From: the human T2T-CHM13v2.0 reference genome, Homo sapiens
Length of the DNA stretch: 64,000 nucleotides
Strand: one strand, 5' to 3'
Assembly (NCBI RefSeq): GCF_009914755.1
Contig: NC_060937.1
Below, one piece after another: positions 13,218-26,868 of the stretch (positions are counted from its first letter, which is position 1; every line of letters starts with the position of its first letter). The notes below the pieces were generated by a model. That model was given only the letters and a program-made list of their open reading frames with translations. It searched no databases and was not told where the DNA came from. Both the position numbers and the translations under genes were made by a program.

Positions 13218-14323
13218 TGTGTCCCCAATTGGTGGGTTCTTGGTCTCACTGACTTCATAAATGAAGCTGCGTACCCTCACGGTGAGTGTTACCGTTCTTA
13301 AAAGCAGCGTGTCTGGAGTTTGTTCCTTCTGATGTTCAGACGTGTTCGGAGTTTCTTCCTTCTGGTGGGGTTCGTGGTCTTGCTGGCTCAGGAGTGAAGT
13401 TGCGGACCTTCGCGGTGAGTGTTACAGCTCATAAAGGCAGTGTGGACCCATAGAGTGAGCAACAGCAGGATTTATTGCAAAGAGTGAAAGAACAAAGTTT
13501 CCACGTGCAGAAGGGGACCCCAGCGGGTTGCCACTGCTGGCTGGGGCAGCCTGCTTTTATTCTCTTATGTGGCCCCACCGACATCCTGCTGGTTGGTAGA
13601 GCCGAGTGGTCTGTTTTGACAGGGCGCTGATTGGTGCGTTTACAAACCTTGAGCTAGATACAGAGTGCCAATTGGTGTATTTACAATCCCTTAGCTAGAC
13701 ATAAAGGTTCTCCAAGTCCCTACCAGACTCAGGAGCCCAGCTGGCTTCACCCAGTGGATCCCCCACAGGGCTGCAGGTGGAGCTGCCTGCCAGTTCCCGG
13801 CCGTGTGCCCGCACTCCTCAGCGCTTGGGTGTCGATGGGACTGGGCCCATGGAGTAGGGGGCGGCGCTCGTCTGGGAGGCTCGGGCCACACAGGAGCCCA
13901 CGGAGGTTGGGGGAGGCTCAGGCATGGCGGGCTGCAGGTCCCGAGCCCTGCCGTGCAGGAAGGCAGTTAAGGCCCCGCGAGAAATTGAGCACAGCAGCTG
14001 CTGGCTGAGGTGCTAAGCCCCTCACTGCCTGAGGCCAGTGGGGCCGGCCAGCTGCTCCGAGTGCGGGGTCCGCCGAGCCCACGCCCATCCGGAACTCGCG
14101 CTGGCCTGCAAGCACCGCGCGCAGCCCTGGTTCCCGCCCGCGCCTCTCCCTCCACACCTCCCTGTAAGCTGAAGGAGCCCGCTCCGGCCCTGGCCAGCAC
14201 AGAAAGGGGCTCCCACAGTGCAGCCTCGAGCTGAAGGGCTCATCAAGTGCCGCCAAAGTGGGAGCCCAGGCAGGGGAGGCGCCGAGAGCCAGTGAGGACT
14301 GCCAGCACCGCTGTCACCTCTCA
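13218..14323 (-). mobile_element. Solo ERV9 LTR (LTR12C-like), short form with a collapsed enhancer array
   Basis: Termini tgtgtccccaattggtggg and ctgtcacctctca. Perfect 4-bp TSD gaaa at 13214-13217 and 14324-14327. 1106 bp long. TATA-like ttttatt at 13555-13561. Confidence 0.95.
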
Positions 14324-14464
14324 GAAATGCTGGGAAGAATATGAGAGGTAAAAACTTTATCTTTTGGACTTAAGAGATTTAGATCCACAGTGAATTTATT
14401 CAGGGTGATTTTAGTGGAATGATGGTGACAGAAACTAAGAAGGCTGAAGAGCTAGTGGGAGGTA

Positions 14465-14983
14465 TGTAGTGGCCTGAATAATGTCTCTCACCAAAGATGT
14501 CCAAGCCCTAATCTCAGGAATCGGTGAATGTGTTATGTTACACAATGTAAATACTTAGAAGATGTGATTAAGTCGGGGATCATGATACAGTAGAATTATC
14601 CTGGATGATCCTGGTGTGTGGGCCCAATGTAATCATATGGTTTTTTATAAAAGTAAGGTTTATAGGGGTCAGAGTCAGAGAAGGAGATGTAATGAAGCAA
14701 GCAAGGAGATGTAATAAAGATACTTTGTTCCTGATTTTGAAGATCCGGAAGGGAACAGAAGACAAGGAATGTGGGCACCCTCTAGAAGTTGCAGAAGCCA
14801 GAGAAACAGACTCTCCCCTGGAATGTTCAGAAAGTGTACAATCCTGCCAAGACCTCGGTCATAGCTCAGTGAAACCCATTTTGAAATTCGGACCACCAGA
14901 ACTGTAAGTAATAAACTTGTGTAGTTTTAAACCATTAACTATATTGTGGTAACTTGTTACAACAGCAATAGAAAACTAATGCA
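14465..14983 (+). mobile_element. MaLR MLT1D-like solo LTR, full length
   Basis: tgtagtggcctgaataatg...ccaaagatgtcc...gaaaactaatgca with a 5-bp TSD aggta at 14460-14464 and 14984-14988. Confidence 0.9.
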
Positions 14984-17900
14984 AGGTAGAAAAAGAAAGT
15001 ATAAATTATTGCACTGAAAAATATGGCATTGATGCAAGAGGGTGATATTTGTTTAATGAATAGGTTTTATATTTTAATAGGTTAGGCTTGATTGTAAGTA
15101 ATCATGTATTGGTTTGAGAGGGTCTTGTTGATAATATAGGACACAAAACATGTAAGCAGTAGTATACAATTATTGAGAAGGCATAAAGGGGTACTATTTA
15201 TAGGGAGGACTAGCTTTTAATGAGAGATGCCTTCTTTCCTCTTGCACCGTGGAAGTAGAGCTGCTTCCAATGCTTAAACCCTCTTCAGGTGCACACATAA
15301 CCAGGTGAAGTGAAGAATGCAACATCTAAAACAGAGTCGATCAAACCCTCCTTTATTTTCTAATAAACATTGAACATTCATTCATCTACATATGATGATT
15401 GTAAGCAACCAAGCATCATGTTCATGTTTAAGGAAAGAAGGAGAAAAAAATAATGCTTTCTGCTCACAGGTATTTGTGTTTCTAATGGAATTTTTTTAAA
15501 GCCCCATCATTCTTCCTTGACATTTCATTGGTTTGAGTGATGTCATGCAACTTAGTGTAGAGAAGTCACTGGCAGAAAAGAATGAGTTATGGACAACTGC
15601 CCCAGAAAAACAGAAGACGTATAGCTTCCCTGAGAGTAGAGATTCCTACCAGACATAAGTGTGATGTTAAATTATCAGGGAAAAAAGGACATATCTGTTG
15701 GCCGTACTATGTATGTGTATGTATGTGAATAAATACATTTATACATATAATTATATATGAAAAAATATATGTATTACAAATCAATTTAAAATATTAAGAT
15801 GGAAGTTACTTTTGTGGATGCATTGTAGTAAAAAAAATTTTCACCTATGTTTTAGAATAACAACTAACAATAAACATAAGCAATATGTCCAGATAGATAT
15901 ATAGTCATGAATATAAAACTAAAACTACCAAACCCTTCTTCTTATCTCGCATAGCGTTAGGCTTTCTGTTAGTGGTAAATCTGCCATATGCTTATTTCCT
16001 TGGTTTGAGCTTAACTCCTATTGTGTCAAATTTATACAAATAAATTTAATTTTAAATTTACAGACCATATGTTGAGTTAAACTTGGAATCTCCCAGGAGT
16101 CCTACAATAAGATAAATATTCAAATTGGTAAAGTAAATTTTCACAACATAACCCCTACTTCTCCGTATTGCATATCCAACCATTTTTGTCCAAGCTGCAG
16201 TACATAAAATACACATTGTATTATCCTAGCCCTGCCAATCACAGTACTCTAATTAATATAGGAAAATCTAATGTGAATTGAACCTCCGCTAAAACTGTCA
16301 CTCTACAAAGAGTTTCTCAAAGTATTTTATGAAGATTCTGCGGTATAGAACTTCACAATATAAAATAAAATACTAAAATAAAGTCACTTCCTGGAGAAGT
16401 AGTGCTTTCAGCCTCATTTGATGTATCATCCCTCTTTGAAAAAGGAGAGCAAAAGAAGTAATTATCTTGAATGAGTGAGCAGACTTCTATTTCAGGAGTG
16501 ATATTGGTGACCTCAGCTTGCCTACGTTTTGCGCAAAAATGAGCTAAGTGCTTCCTTGTGGGAAGGAGCTGGGAAAATAATAAGAAAAGGGCAAATGAGG
16601 GTTGGGGTAGGGAGGAATAGGGGTGGAAGTGAAGAAAAAAGCCATCTTTGGGGCTTGCTCAAGAAAATCTCCTTTAAAAAATCGGAACACTCTTTCTGAT
16701 GAAAATAATATAGTTCCTTGAATATGGAAGCTGTTGCAGTTGCCAAGAGAATACACTTTTTATATTGTTGTTGAGAAAGTATCTGTATAAGATCTTTTTA
16801 TAGCAAGTCCAAGCTGCAGGCAAACTGGCTTGCTATTGGGTTTTATGGTACTGGAAGTTTCTGGGAGATATGGATATTCTGGGAACCTCTGACAAATCTC
16901 AATATGGTAATCATAGTGTGGACCCCTAGGGCTTTGGAATAAGGCATGTCTTTTTCAGGAGATAACTATTCTGTGTTTGAAAAACGTCTCCATGCTTCCT
17001 ATTGGGCCCTAACAAAAACCGAATGCTTGACCGTGAGCATTAAGGGACTATGAGATCCAAACTGCCCATCATGAGCCTGGCATTATCTGATACTGCAAAT
17101 CTAACAACAAACAAATAAGCAAACAAACAAAAACAAGACTAAGAGAGCACCAACATGTTCCTGCTAAAGGATAATCTACGTTTTCTATTAAGTATTTCCA
17201 TTTCCCTTTATCCTGCCTGTCTGTGTGTGTTTTTCCCTTTTGATCATATAAGAATAATGATGTTGGCTAGTGCTTCAGTGTAGGCTTTGGGTAGGGCTGT
17301 AATTACATTGACATCAGCTAATTATAATTTGATAACTGATGGACAGGAAGAACAGTGAGAAACAAGAGGGATGAGCTGTGCTAGGTATTTTTATTTTCTA
17401 TCTCAGATCCAGTCCCCAGTGTTTCCCACTACTTCTTTCCTCCTAAAAGTCATCCTCTATTTAAAGCTTCAAATCAGTTTCCTTGGCTTTTAATTACTGA
17501 ATGGGTTCAGAGCTCAGCAATAGCTGCATTCTCTGGGTTTAGAGCTGGAGTGGTAACAGATTTGCATGGCTGCTACATCCTGAATGTTTCAGCATCCCAT
17601 GTCACTTCTCTTAACCCTGCCTACGTATATGGAAAAGCCTCTTCCTTTAACTTTTTAAATAACCTTTTGAGAGTACCATCTGTTTTCTGATCATCTCTAA
17701 CAGATACAGCTGTTCTGACGCAGCTGTAACAAAATTGTTTGCTAAATAATTTTTAAAAGTTCAAGAAGCTGTTCTTATGAATTACATCACATGTGCACTA
17801 TACATCTCTGAACTTCATAATGTCTCCAAATCATGTCCTATTTCTTTCCCCTTGCTTCCCTCTCTAACCCTTGGCCAGCATTTCTCCACACTATACTCAA

Positions 17901-19218
17901 AAGATTCTCTCCACACCTTTGATCCCAGTGCTGCTGGAGTCAAGGATGTGGTGAATTTGTAGCTCAGGAGTGGAGTGAGGATGTTTCTTAGGTATATGAC
18001 ATGACAATTTTAAAAAAGTAAAAACTTAATTTTTCAAGGTCTGAACAAAGGGATCCCAACATCAATTGTGTCTGCGTCAAAGTGGCCACATCCAAATGTC
18101 ATGTACTATACTTACAAGTATTTCAGTATATTAATATCCAGGACCATGAATAGCTAGGCTAACTTCTATTATACATACTATAAAATCAACAAAAGGAAGG
18201 TTGCAGCCTTCAATTTTAGAATGTAAGTTTTTCACGGAGAGTGGAATGGCGAGAGGGTTTTTTCTGATGAGAATACATTTTCTTCATGGATTCTCTGCCG
18301 GTGTGCAAATCCATCATATCACCTTTTTAGTCCTAGAAATGCCTTTATTTACTTTTCAATGCTTATTTGATCTGAACAGCTTGAAATTCACAAGCATTTG
18401 GTCAAGTATACACAAGGAAGAACAAATTTAGAATCAGTGAATAAAAACAGCGAATATAAACTTTTATAAAGCTGCAGATATGGGTTGAATCTGGATCAAT
18501 TCTGTTTTGTAAAAGTTTATAACTATTTGTCACTGACTTTAAAACAAATATAAGTAAACATTTATTTTCCATATTTATTATCAAACTCTACATCTGTATC
18601 TTTCAGGTGAACTTATAAGTTTTGTCTCTAAAATGTGTGATCCATAGAAACATGACACAAATGTGTGCTTTGTAAGCTGGCAGCTGACTGGCTTAAAGTT
18701 AGGGCTCGATGATATAGAATTTTTGCGCCAGAGTTCTAAGTCCTAGCTTGACTTTTCTTTCTTCAAATATTTTCCATCTTTTAATATACAAGTCCAGCTT
18801 TGAGGCACAGAGTGATGATAACAACATTATAGGCATAACGACTTCATTGGAATCTTTTCGTTACAGTGTTTGAGGCAAAGTTTTTTTTTCATAGATGCCA
18901 TTAAAATCAATTCATGTTTCTGTGTAACGTTAAAGTGGCCTTTGAATTGACTCCAAATAACACTGAAATGGAAAGCTGATCTCGATCCATCTTTTTAAAC
19001 ATAACATTTTTTGTGCTGTCTTTGATCTCTTTTTTATCTTTTTTTTTTTTTTAGAGTTCTGCATTTGTAAACCATTTTCCTTGGTGCTTGATTTGACACT
19101 TTCATAAAACCTAAAAAAAACTGCTACAATAGAGAAATAACTGCCAGAAACTTTTTTTTTCTTCAATGTTGCCATGTTTCCCCCCCTCAATAATCCAAAC
19201 TCACCCTTGTTCATAACA

Positions 19219-19253
<35 letters not shown>

Positions 19254-19263
19254 TTCTTTCTCT
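19219..19263. repeat. (TC)n microsatellite
   Basis: Read directly from the sequence. It explains the ERERE run in ORF 18930..19286. Confidence 0.9.
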
Positions 19264-19959
19264 ATCTTAGTCGCTCTTGTTCTCACTCCGTCACTTCAGT
19301 AGAATTTGACTTCTATGGGGAACAAAGTAAAAATGTCATAATGATTGATTCTTATGGAAAAATGAGAAACATATTTATTATCTAGATTAATCCCCTCTTG
19401 GTAGTGTTCCAGTTAAATTTAGAGCAAATGAGTAAACCAATATTCATTAAAATTCAATACATGCATGAGATAGGTTGACTAAGAACTATTAATAAACATT
19501 TCTTTCTATTACAATTGTTTGAGTTTGAGGGCTAGTACTGTAGTATTAATTGTTAATTTTTCTTAGGATTCATGCTGACATTTGGAGGAATTTTCACCTG
19601 ATTGGTACTTTTGCAAATGTTGACACAGCATATAGGAATCCTTCAATAAAATTATATATTGATGTATGCAATTATATTGTAGCTATATTAATCATAACAT
19701 CATGTATGCATAATAATGTATTCATTTTATATAAATGAGTTGTCAATCACACACATGATTTTATCTCTTATGATTTCACAAAATTTTGTTTATTTTTTAA
19801 TAATATTAATCACATGAAATATGGTAATCATAGTGCGGTGGTTATCAGTGTGAGTTTTAACAGCTGGTAATTTTCTTAACTCAATAGGGCCTTATTTCTC
19901 TTATTTATCAAAAGGGAATAATGATTCTGGCTGTATGGGTTTATGATTACATTTAAATA

Positions 19960-20039
19960 TTAGGTTGGTGCAAAATAAATTGCAGTTTTTGTCCTTAAAA
20001 GTAATGTCAAAAACCGCAATTACTTTTGCACCAAGCTAA
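19960..20039. mobile_element. MADE1 (Hsmar1-derived 80-bp MITE) inserted in a MIR
   Basis: ttaggttggtgcaaaa...ttttgcaccaagctaa, 37-bp TIRs with a 6-bp spacer, and a TA TSD on both sides. MIR-like sequence flanks it (~19820-20100). Confidence 0.95.
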
Positions 20040-20229
20040 TACATGATATATGTAGTCAATTTATGCAAAATTCCTTACACATACTAAGCGCAAACCAAAT
20101 GGTAGCAGTCATGATGGTGGTGGCAGGAGCAGCGTTTGTTTAATTTGTTCTTTTTGTCTTTTCAGCTGTTCCCAAGTGTCATTTAGACATGAAGGAGGCC
20201 TACAATAAAATAGTATGCTGAATGTTCTG

Positions 20230-20730
20230 AAATATGTTTCTTATTGCTGCTCTAACAAATCACCACAAACTTAGTGGCTTAAAACTACAACACTTTAGCA
20301 TCTTAGATCTCTGGGTGTTAGCTGTTCAAAAAATCTGACTGGACTCAAATCAAGGTGTTGCCTGGATTGTGTTCCTTTTTAGGATGCCTAAGCGGGAATC
20401 TGCTTCCTTGCCTTTTCCAGCTTCTAAAGGCTGCCTACACACCCTGGCTCCTGTGGCCTTCCTCCATTTTCAAAGCCAAAAGACTTGTAACTCTCTGTGC
20501 TTTTTTTTATAGTCATATCTTCCTCTGACGCTCCCTTCTGCTTACCTCTACCACTTTCAAGGGCTCTTGTGATTTTATTGAGGCCACCCTCAATGATCCA
20601 GAAGAATCTCCTGATCTCAGGATCTGTAACTTAGTCACGTCTGAAAATTTACTTTGCTTTGTGACATATTCATGGGTTTTGGGAATTAAGACATGGGCAT
20701 TGTTGAGGGATAATTAAGCCTAGCTCAAGA
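20230..20730 (-). mobile_element. MaLR MLT1 solo LTR
   Basis: tattgctgctctaacaaatcaccacaaacttagtggcttaaaac...aatcaaggtgttg...ttccagcttctaaaggctgcc...ggaattaagacatgggcat. Confidence 0.85.
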
Positions 20731-20799
20731 GACATCCGTCTTTCAAAATAGACCTTATACTGTCTTCTGGTTAATAAGATAGCTCTCTTCTCTAATGAA

Positions 20800-21720
20800 C
20801 TTTGTAAATTAAAAATATGTAAATGACAGGCATATATAATTTAAAGAATTATAACAAAAGGAAAACACCTACCACTCAGGTTAAGAAACACAACGTTGTA
20901 AGTATATTTAAAGCCTACTGTATAGTCCTAACTAATCCAATTTTGCTTTGTTACTTAGACCTAGAAGCAATTAGTATGCTAAATTTGGCAATATAAACAT
21001 TATTTTTATTTTTTCTAGTATACACACACACAAATACATAAAAGATATATTTTATTTGTTTTTTCCTATCTTCGAGCTTATATAAATTTGTTTTTGAGTA
21101 ATATGATTTTCAACATTCATCTATATTGATACACATAGCTGTATTTTATTTAATGGTAGCATAATATTTTTGTAGAATACATTGTAATTTATTTATCTTT
21201 TCTAATATTGATGAGCATTTGGGTTTTTTTTATTCCCTTGTTATGATCTACAATATCACTTCAAACTTACTTATGAACAGCTCCTGGTATTCATGAGTGA
21301 ATGTTCCTCAGAGAAGATGTCTAGTATTAGAATTGGTTAATGGAAATAATGGCATTGCTTAGCATCCTTTCCAACATTTGGTTTTGTCAGACATCTTAAC
21401 TTTTGAAATGTACTGGATATTAATCTGCACTGGGATTTTAATTGTACTTATTTTTATATAATGATATGGTACACTGCATGCTTTTTGCTTCTGTGGTTTT
21501 TCTTTCCTTTGAAATATCTGTTTATGGATTTTGCCTGTTGTACATACTTTGCTTATTTATTCAAAAAATTATTTATAAATTCTGGATACTAATATTTTAT
21601 CAGTTACCAGCGTTTTAAATACATATTCTTAGTCTGAAACTCATCTTTTTATTCTCTTCCCTAATAAAAGATCATAAAGTCATTTCCTTGTATTTTAAGC
21701 TTCTGCTTTTAAAATTTAAT
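20800..21720 (-). mobile_element. Ancient L1ME 3' region
   Basis: ccactcaggttaagaaa; atttatttatc...attgatgagcatttggg; attctggatactaat. Confidence 0.6.
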
Positions 21721-22079
21721 CTTTGCTTATTGCTGGAAGCTCACAAAGGCAGGATAGACACTACAAAATATCTTATTATTCTTACCCACCAGAGAAACCT
21801 TAGGATTTCAAGGCTTGCCTATTAATTTGATTTGTGGGAGATAAAAAAATGAAGATTTCTGATTGGAAGTGTATATAGATATTTTGCAGTCATCTTTTCA
21901 AAGCTTAATATACAGAATGCCATGCTACAATGTGTTAAGTCAAGTGACGTGAGTTAGTGACAAGCTCTGCAAAATCAGTCAATGGAGTCATCAGCACAAA
22001 GATTGTAATGTCCTATGAATGGATCAGTTCACCAATGTAAATTTGTAAGGAGGCTGAGAAGAAACATCCAAAGAGAAAC

Positions 22080-23100
22080 AAAAAGAGAAGAATCAAAAAA
22101 GCCTAACACTGAGGAAGTTAAGGGAATTTTTATTTCAAGAAGGAGGTTATAGTTTACAACATCAAATACTCCCTGAAGAATAGAAATATTCTTTTGACAT
22201 AGCAAAAATAAAAAAAAAATAAGTAAAAGTTTTGCTAAGAGCTCGCTCAGTGGATGAATAAGGAATAGAATTTGTAATGCAACGATCTAAACAGTAAATG
22301 GAAAAAGAGGAAGCAGATGCAGGGATTTTGGATGTATGGTTTTTTTTTTTTTTTCCAAGAAGCTCAGCAATATTAGGGAATAGAGATAGAGATAAAACTG
22401 GAGAGGCTTGAAGTTAAAGAACAGATGGGAGAGGCATGAGGATTTTTCAAAAATGCAAGTAGAAAAAGAGAGAAAGACTAGAAAAAATAAAATAAGGTCT
22501 AAGAATTGAAATGAAATTCCTGAAGTAGCATTTATAGGATTCAGAGAACAGGTAGAGGAGTTAGCTTCAATCAGGATGATATATTTGTTATCATAATGAG
22601 AGAAAGAAATTAGTTATAATACACTGTCACTTTTGTAGATGGGATGTCAGGAATTTAAAGGAGTTCTTATCTGAGTACTTTATTATTTCTGTGAAGTAGG
22701 AGACAAGATTTTCCGCTAAAAATAAATGGAAAGGTAATAGAGTAGGATGGTAGAGATAAGAAATGGTTTGATTAGGTATTATGGAAAATGGAGAAAAATC
22801 TTATCAGAACTGAGAAGAATTGAAAAGCAGTGTAAATGGCCCCATTGTGGTCAGAGAACATTACTTTGTGGAGGCAATTTTCTGAGGGTTTTGTGATTTT
22901 TCTCCAGTCAGATTCAACTGCCTAGGTATAAGCACAAAGACATCAGTCAGTTGAATTGCTCTAGCTTAGGGTTTGCTAGCTGGGTTCAAATAAGTAGACA
23001 ATTGAATTGAAAAATTTCGTAAAGACTTAGTTGAAGAAACTGAGAAGCTTTGTAGGCTCAAAAGGAAGAGAGTGAAGCTTAGGTAGAAAGAAGACCTTAC
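22080..23100 (-). mobile_element. L2 LINE remnant
   Basis: Purine-rich degenerate antisense L2 motifs (tttcaagaaggagg; ttttccaagaagct; tttctgtgaagtagga). Confidence 0.5.
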
Positions 23101-24080
23101 ATATAGTTGATTATATATCACAGGAGTGAATCCAAGTTAGCCTGATGAAATAACATGCAAACTTTTTGCATGCACTTACCCATCTTTGTCTACTTCAAGG
23201 AAGCACTGAAGATTAGGAAGTACTAAGGACACGGATATAACTTTCCTGTCAATTTGTGTGATTTTCTTATCACGCTCTTTCTAAAGTCATTCTGATGGAA
23301 GAGTATTTTGTCCACATTTAGAAAAAGCATCAAGAGACAGTTTCTAAACTCTTAGCTTCTTTTCCCTTGGATCACTAATTAATGCGATATTGTTTCCTGA
23401 GTTCTTTCTTTTGCAGGTTTCTTATGCGACATTTTTAATCCGGTGTTTTCAAGCTCATATAACCAAGGATAAACATTAAGGGATAATACAGTTTTTTAGA
23501 AAATCATTTACCCCTTTGATCCACAAACTCTAGTAAGTTTAAATCAGATGAATGTCACTTTTGACATTTCTTAGTGAGATCAAATATATGCATCACATTT
23601 TGGTCATTTATTCTGATCCAGTACATTTTCTGCTTTTCTCTAAAGCCCTTCCCTTGTTGAATTTTAGTTTATTAATATAGTGATTCAGAACTCACTAGAA
23701 GACACAGGTAAGTGTTGGAGACTTTACAAAAAATTGTTAAGTTGGCTTGCATAGCACTGCAAAGTTTGTTAAGAGAGAATGCAGGTCATTGCACTGCTGG
23801 GAAACTTGGGAAGCAAGAGCAAAGGATTTCACCACTATTGCCCTTCAAAGTCCTTATCTAGGTGATCATAAGTATTCTGCAGGACCATGCTCCTGCTGTT
23901 ATACATCAAACACCTTCAGATTATGGTCCATTGTTCTGATTGTTGCAATTTTTATTGTATAAGAATGGAAGCAATTCTGGTCTTACTTTTATATTCTTGC
24001 CCAGATTCCACTCCATCCATGTAAACACAGACCCGTAATGAAACTGTATAATCACCCTGGGGTTAAAAATACTCTCTCTT

Positions 24081-24557
<477 letters not shown>

Positions 24558-25353
24558 TTATGGGATTAGACATTTTTGAATGATTTTTTGACTCTGAAGG
24601 TTGTTCGCCTGCTGTTACCAAATCTGGCTGTATTTCAGCTCCAGCATCTTCAATTTCATAAAGGATTTGCTGTGAACCCAATAAATGTTTTCATGTGATT
24701 TTATAATTATCATACTTAGAAACTGCCTTTATTAGAGCTTGGCACTTTCTTGCATATAACACTGCTGCTCCTGTAATTGACTTTAACCAAGGCAGTAATA
24801 ATCCATGATATTTCCTTGAAGGTGAGCTTGGCAGCAGGGAGGCTCTTTATTATAGTTTTTTGTCTTTGATAAACCTGATAAGATAAATAAAAGCTTATTT
24901 AACTTATAGATATCAAATTAAATGCCATAATGAGACAAAGTTAATTCAACATCCATATGTTGTAACATGTTATGACAATTCCATTGAAGAGGGAACTAAA
25001 GCTGATCAGAGAGAAAACATTAAGAAATAGCCACTAAGTTAATGACAACAATGCCTTGTACATATCTCAAATAATCTGAATATCTTATTTTCATAGAGTT
25101 TTTGACAAAGAAGCTCTGGCTCATTTTGTAATATAGAAGAATCATTCACCTGAAGGCAAATGCTCTCAGAATCAATCCATATAATATTTCCCAATAAACA
25201 CTGAATAAGTTAAAACAAATATATACTTTATGTTATAAGCAAAGAAGCATATATACCTACTTGAAAACTGTTAAACTTAGGTATAAATCAAGAATTCAAA
25301 TTACAACGTTATTGTTGTTTGAGCATTTTATTTCTTATATAACTAAAAAAAGA

Positions 25354-26868
25354 CTTTTTTTTTTTACTTTAAGTTCTGGCATACATGTACTGAATGTGCA
25401 GATTTGTTACATAGGTATACATGTGCCATGGTGGTTTGCTGCACCCATTAACCCGTCATCTAGGTTTTAAGCCCTGCGTGCATTATTTGTCCTAATACTC
25501 TCCCTCCCCTTGCACCCCACCCCACGACAGGCCCCAGTGTGTGATTTCCCCTCCCTGTGTCCATGTGTTCTCATTGTTTAACTCTCACTTATGAGTGAGA
25601 ACGTGCAGTGCTTGGTTTTCTGTTCCTGTGTTAGTTGGCTGAAGATGATGGTTTCCAGCTTCATCCATGTCCCTGCAAAGGACATGAACTCATTCTTTTT
25701 TTATGGCTGCATAGTATTCCATGGTGTATATATGCCACATTTTCTTTATGCAACCTATCATTGATGGGCATTTGGGTTAGTTCCAAGTCTTTGCTATTGT
25801 AAATAGTGCTGCAATAAACATACATGTGCATGTGTCTTTATAGTAGAATGATTTATAATCCTTTGGGTATATACCCAGTAATGGGATTCCTGGGTCAAAT
25901 GGTATTTCTGGTTCTAGAACCTGGAGGAATTGCCACACTGTCTTCCACAATGGTTGAATGAATTTACACTCCCACCAACAGTGTAAAAGTGTTTCTATTT
26001 CTTCACATCCTCACCAGCATCTGTTGTTTCCAGACTTTTTAATGATCACCATTCTAACTGGCATGAGATGATTTCAAATTGTGGTTTTGATTTGCATTTC
26101 TCTAATGACTAGTGATGATGAGCTTTTTTTCATGTTTTTTGGCCACATAAATGTCTTCTTTTGAGAAGTGTCTGTTCATATCCTTTGCCCACTTTTTGAT
26201 GGGGTTGTTTTTTTTCTTGTAAATTTGTTTAAGTTCCTTATAGATTCTGGATATTAGACCTTTGTCAGATGGATAGATTGCAAAACTTTTCTCCCATTCT
26301 GTAGGTTGCCTGTTCATTCTGATGATAGTTTCTTTTGCTGAGCAGAAGCTCTTTAGTTTAGTTAGATCCCATTTGTCAATTTTGATCTCTGTTGCAATTG
26401 CTTTTGGTGTTTTTGTCATGAAATCTTTGCCCATGCCTATGTCCTGAATGCTATTGCCTAGGTTTTCTTCTATGGTTTTTATGGTTTTAGGTTTTAGGTT
26501 TAAGTCTTTAATCCATCTTGAGTTAATTTTGTATAAGGTATGAGGAAGGGGTCCAGTTTCTGTTTTCTGCACATGGCTAGCCTGTTTTTCCAGCACCACT
26601 GATTAAATATGGAATCCTTTCTTCATTGCTTGTTTTTGTCAGGTTTGTCCAAGATCAGATGGTTGTAGATGTGTGGTGTTATTTCTGAGGCCTCTGTTCT
26701 TTTCCATTGGTCTACATATCTGTTTTGATACCAGTACCATGCCAGGAACCTCCCTCCCCCAGCCAAGAGAAATCGTGAGGGACTGTGCTATCCAGCTCAG
26801 ATACTATGCTTCTCCCATGGTTTTTGCAATCCATAGACCAGGAGATTCCCTTGTGTGCCGACACCATC
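25354..26868 (-). mobile_element. 5'-truncated L1PA8 (~1.4-kb 3' end) with an inverted 5'UTR fragment at ~26743-26868
   Basis: PolyT, then an L1PA8-type 3'UTR (ttttaagccctgcgtgcatta) and an ORF2 C-terminal fragment (ORF 26102..26599, [16 protein letters not shown]). The sequence then switches abruptly to + strand L1 5'UTR. Confidence 0.9.

Noticed and set aside
23400-23720. Possible cryptic exon after ttctttcttttgcag (similar acceptors near 18606 and 20165)
   Set aside because: Such motifs are frequent in AT-rich DNA. There is no open frame or exon chain, and transcript data would be needed.
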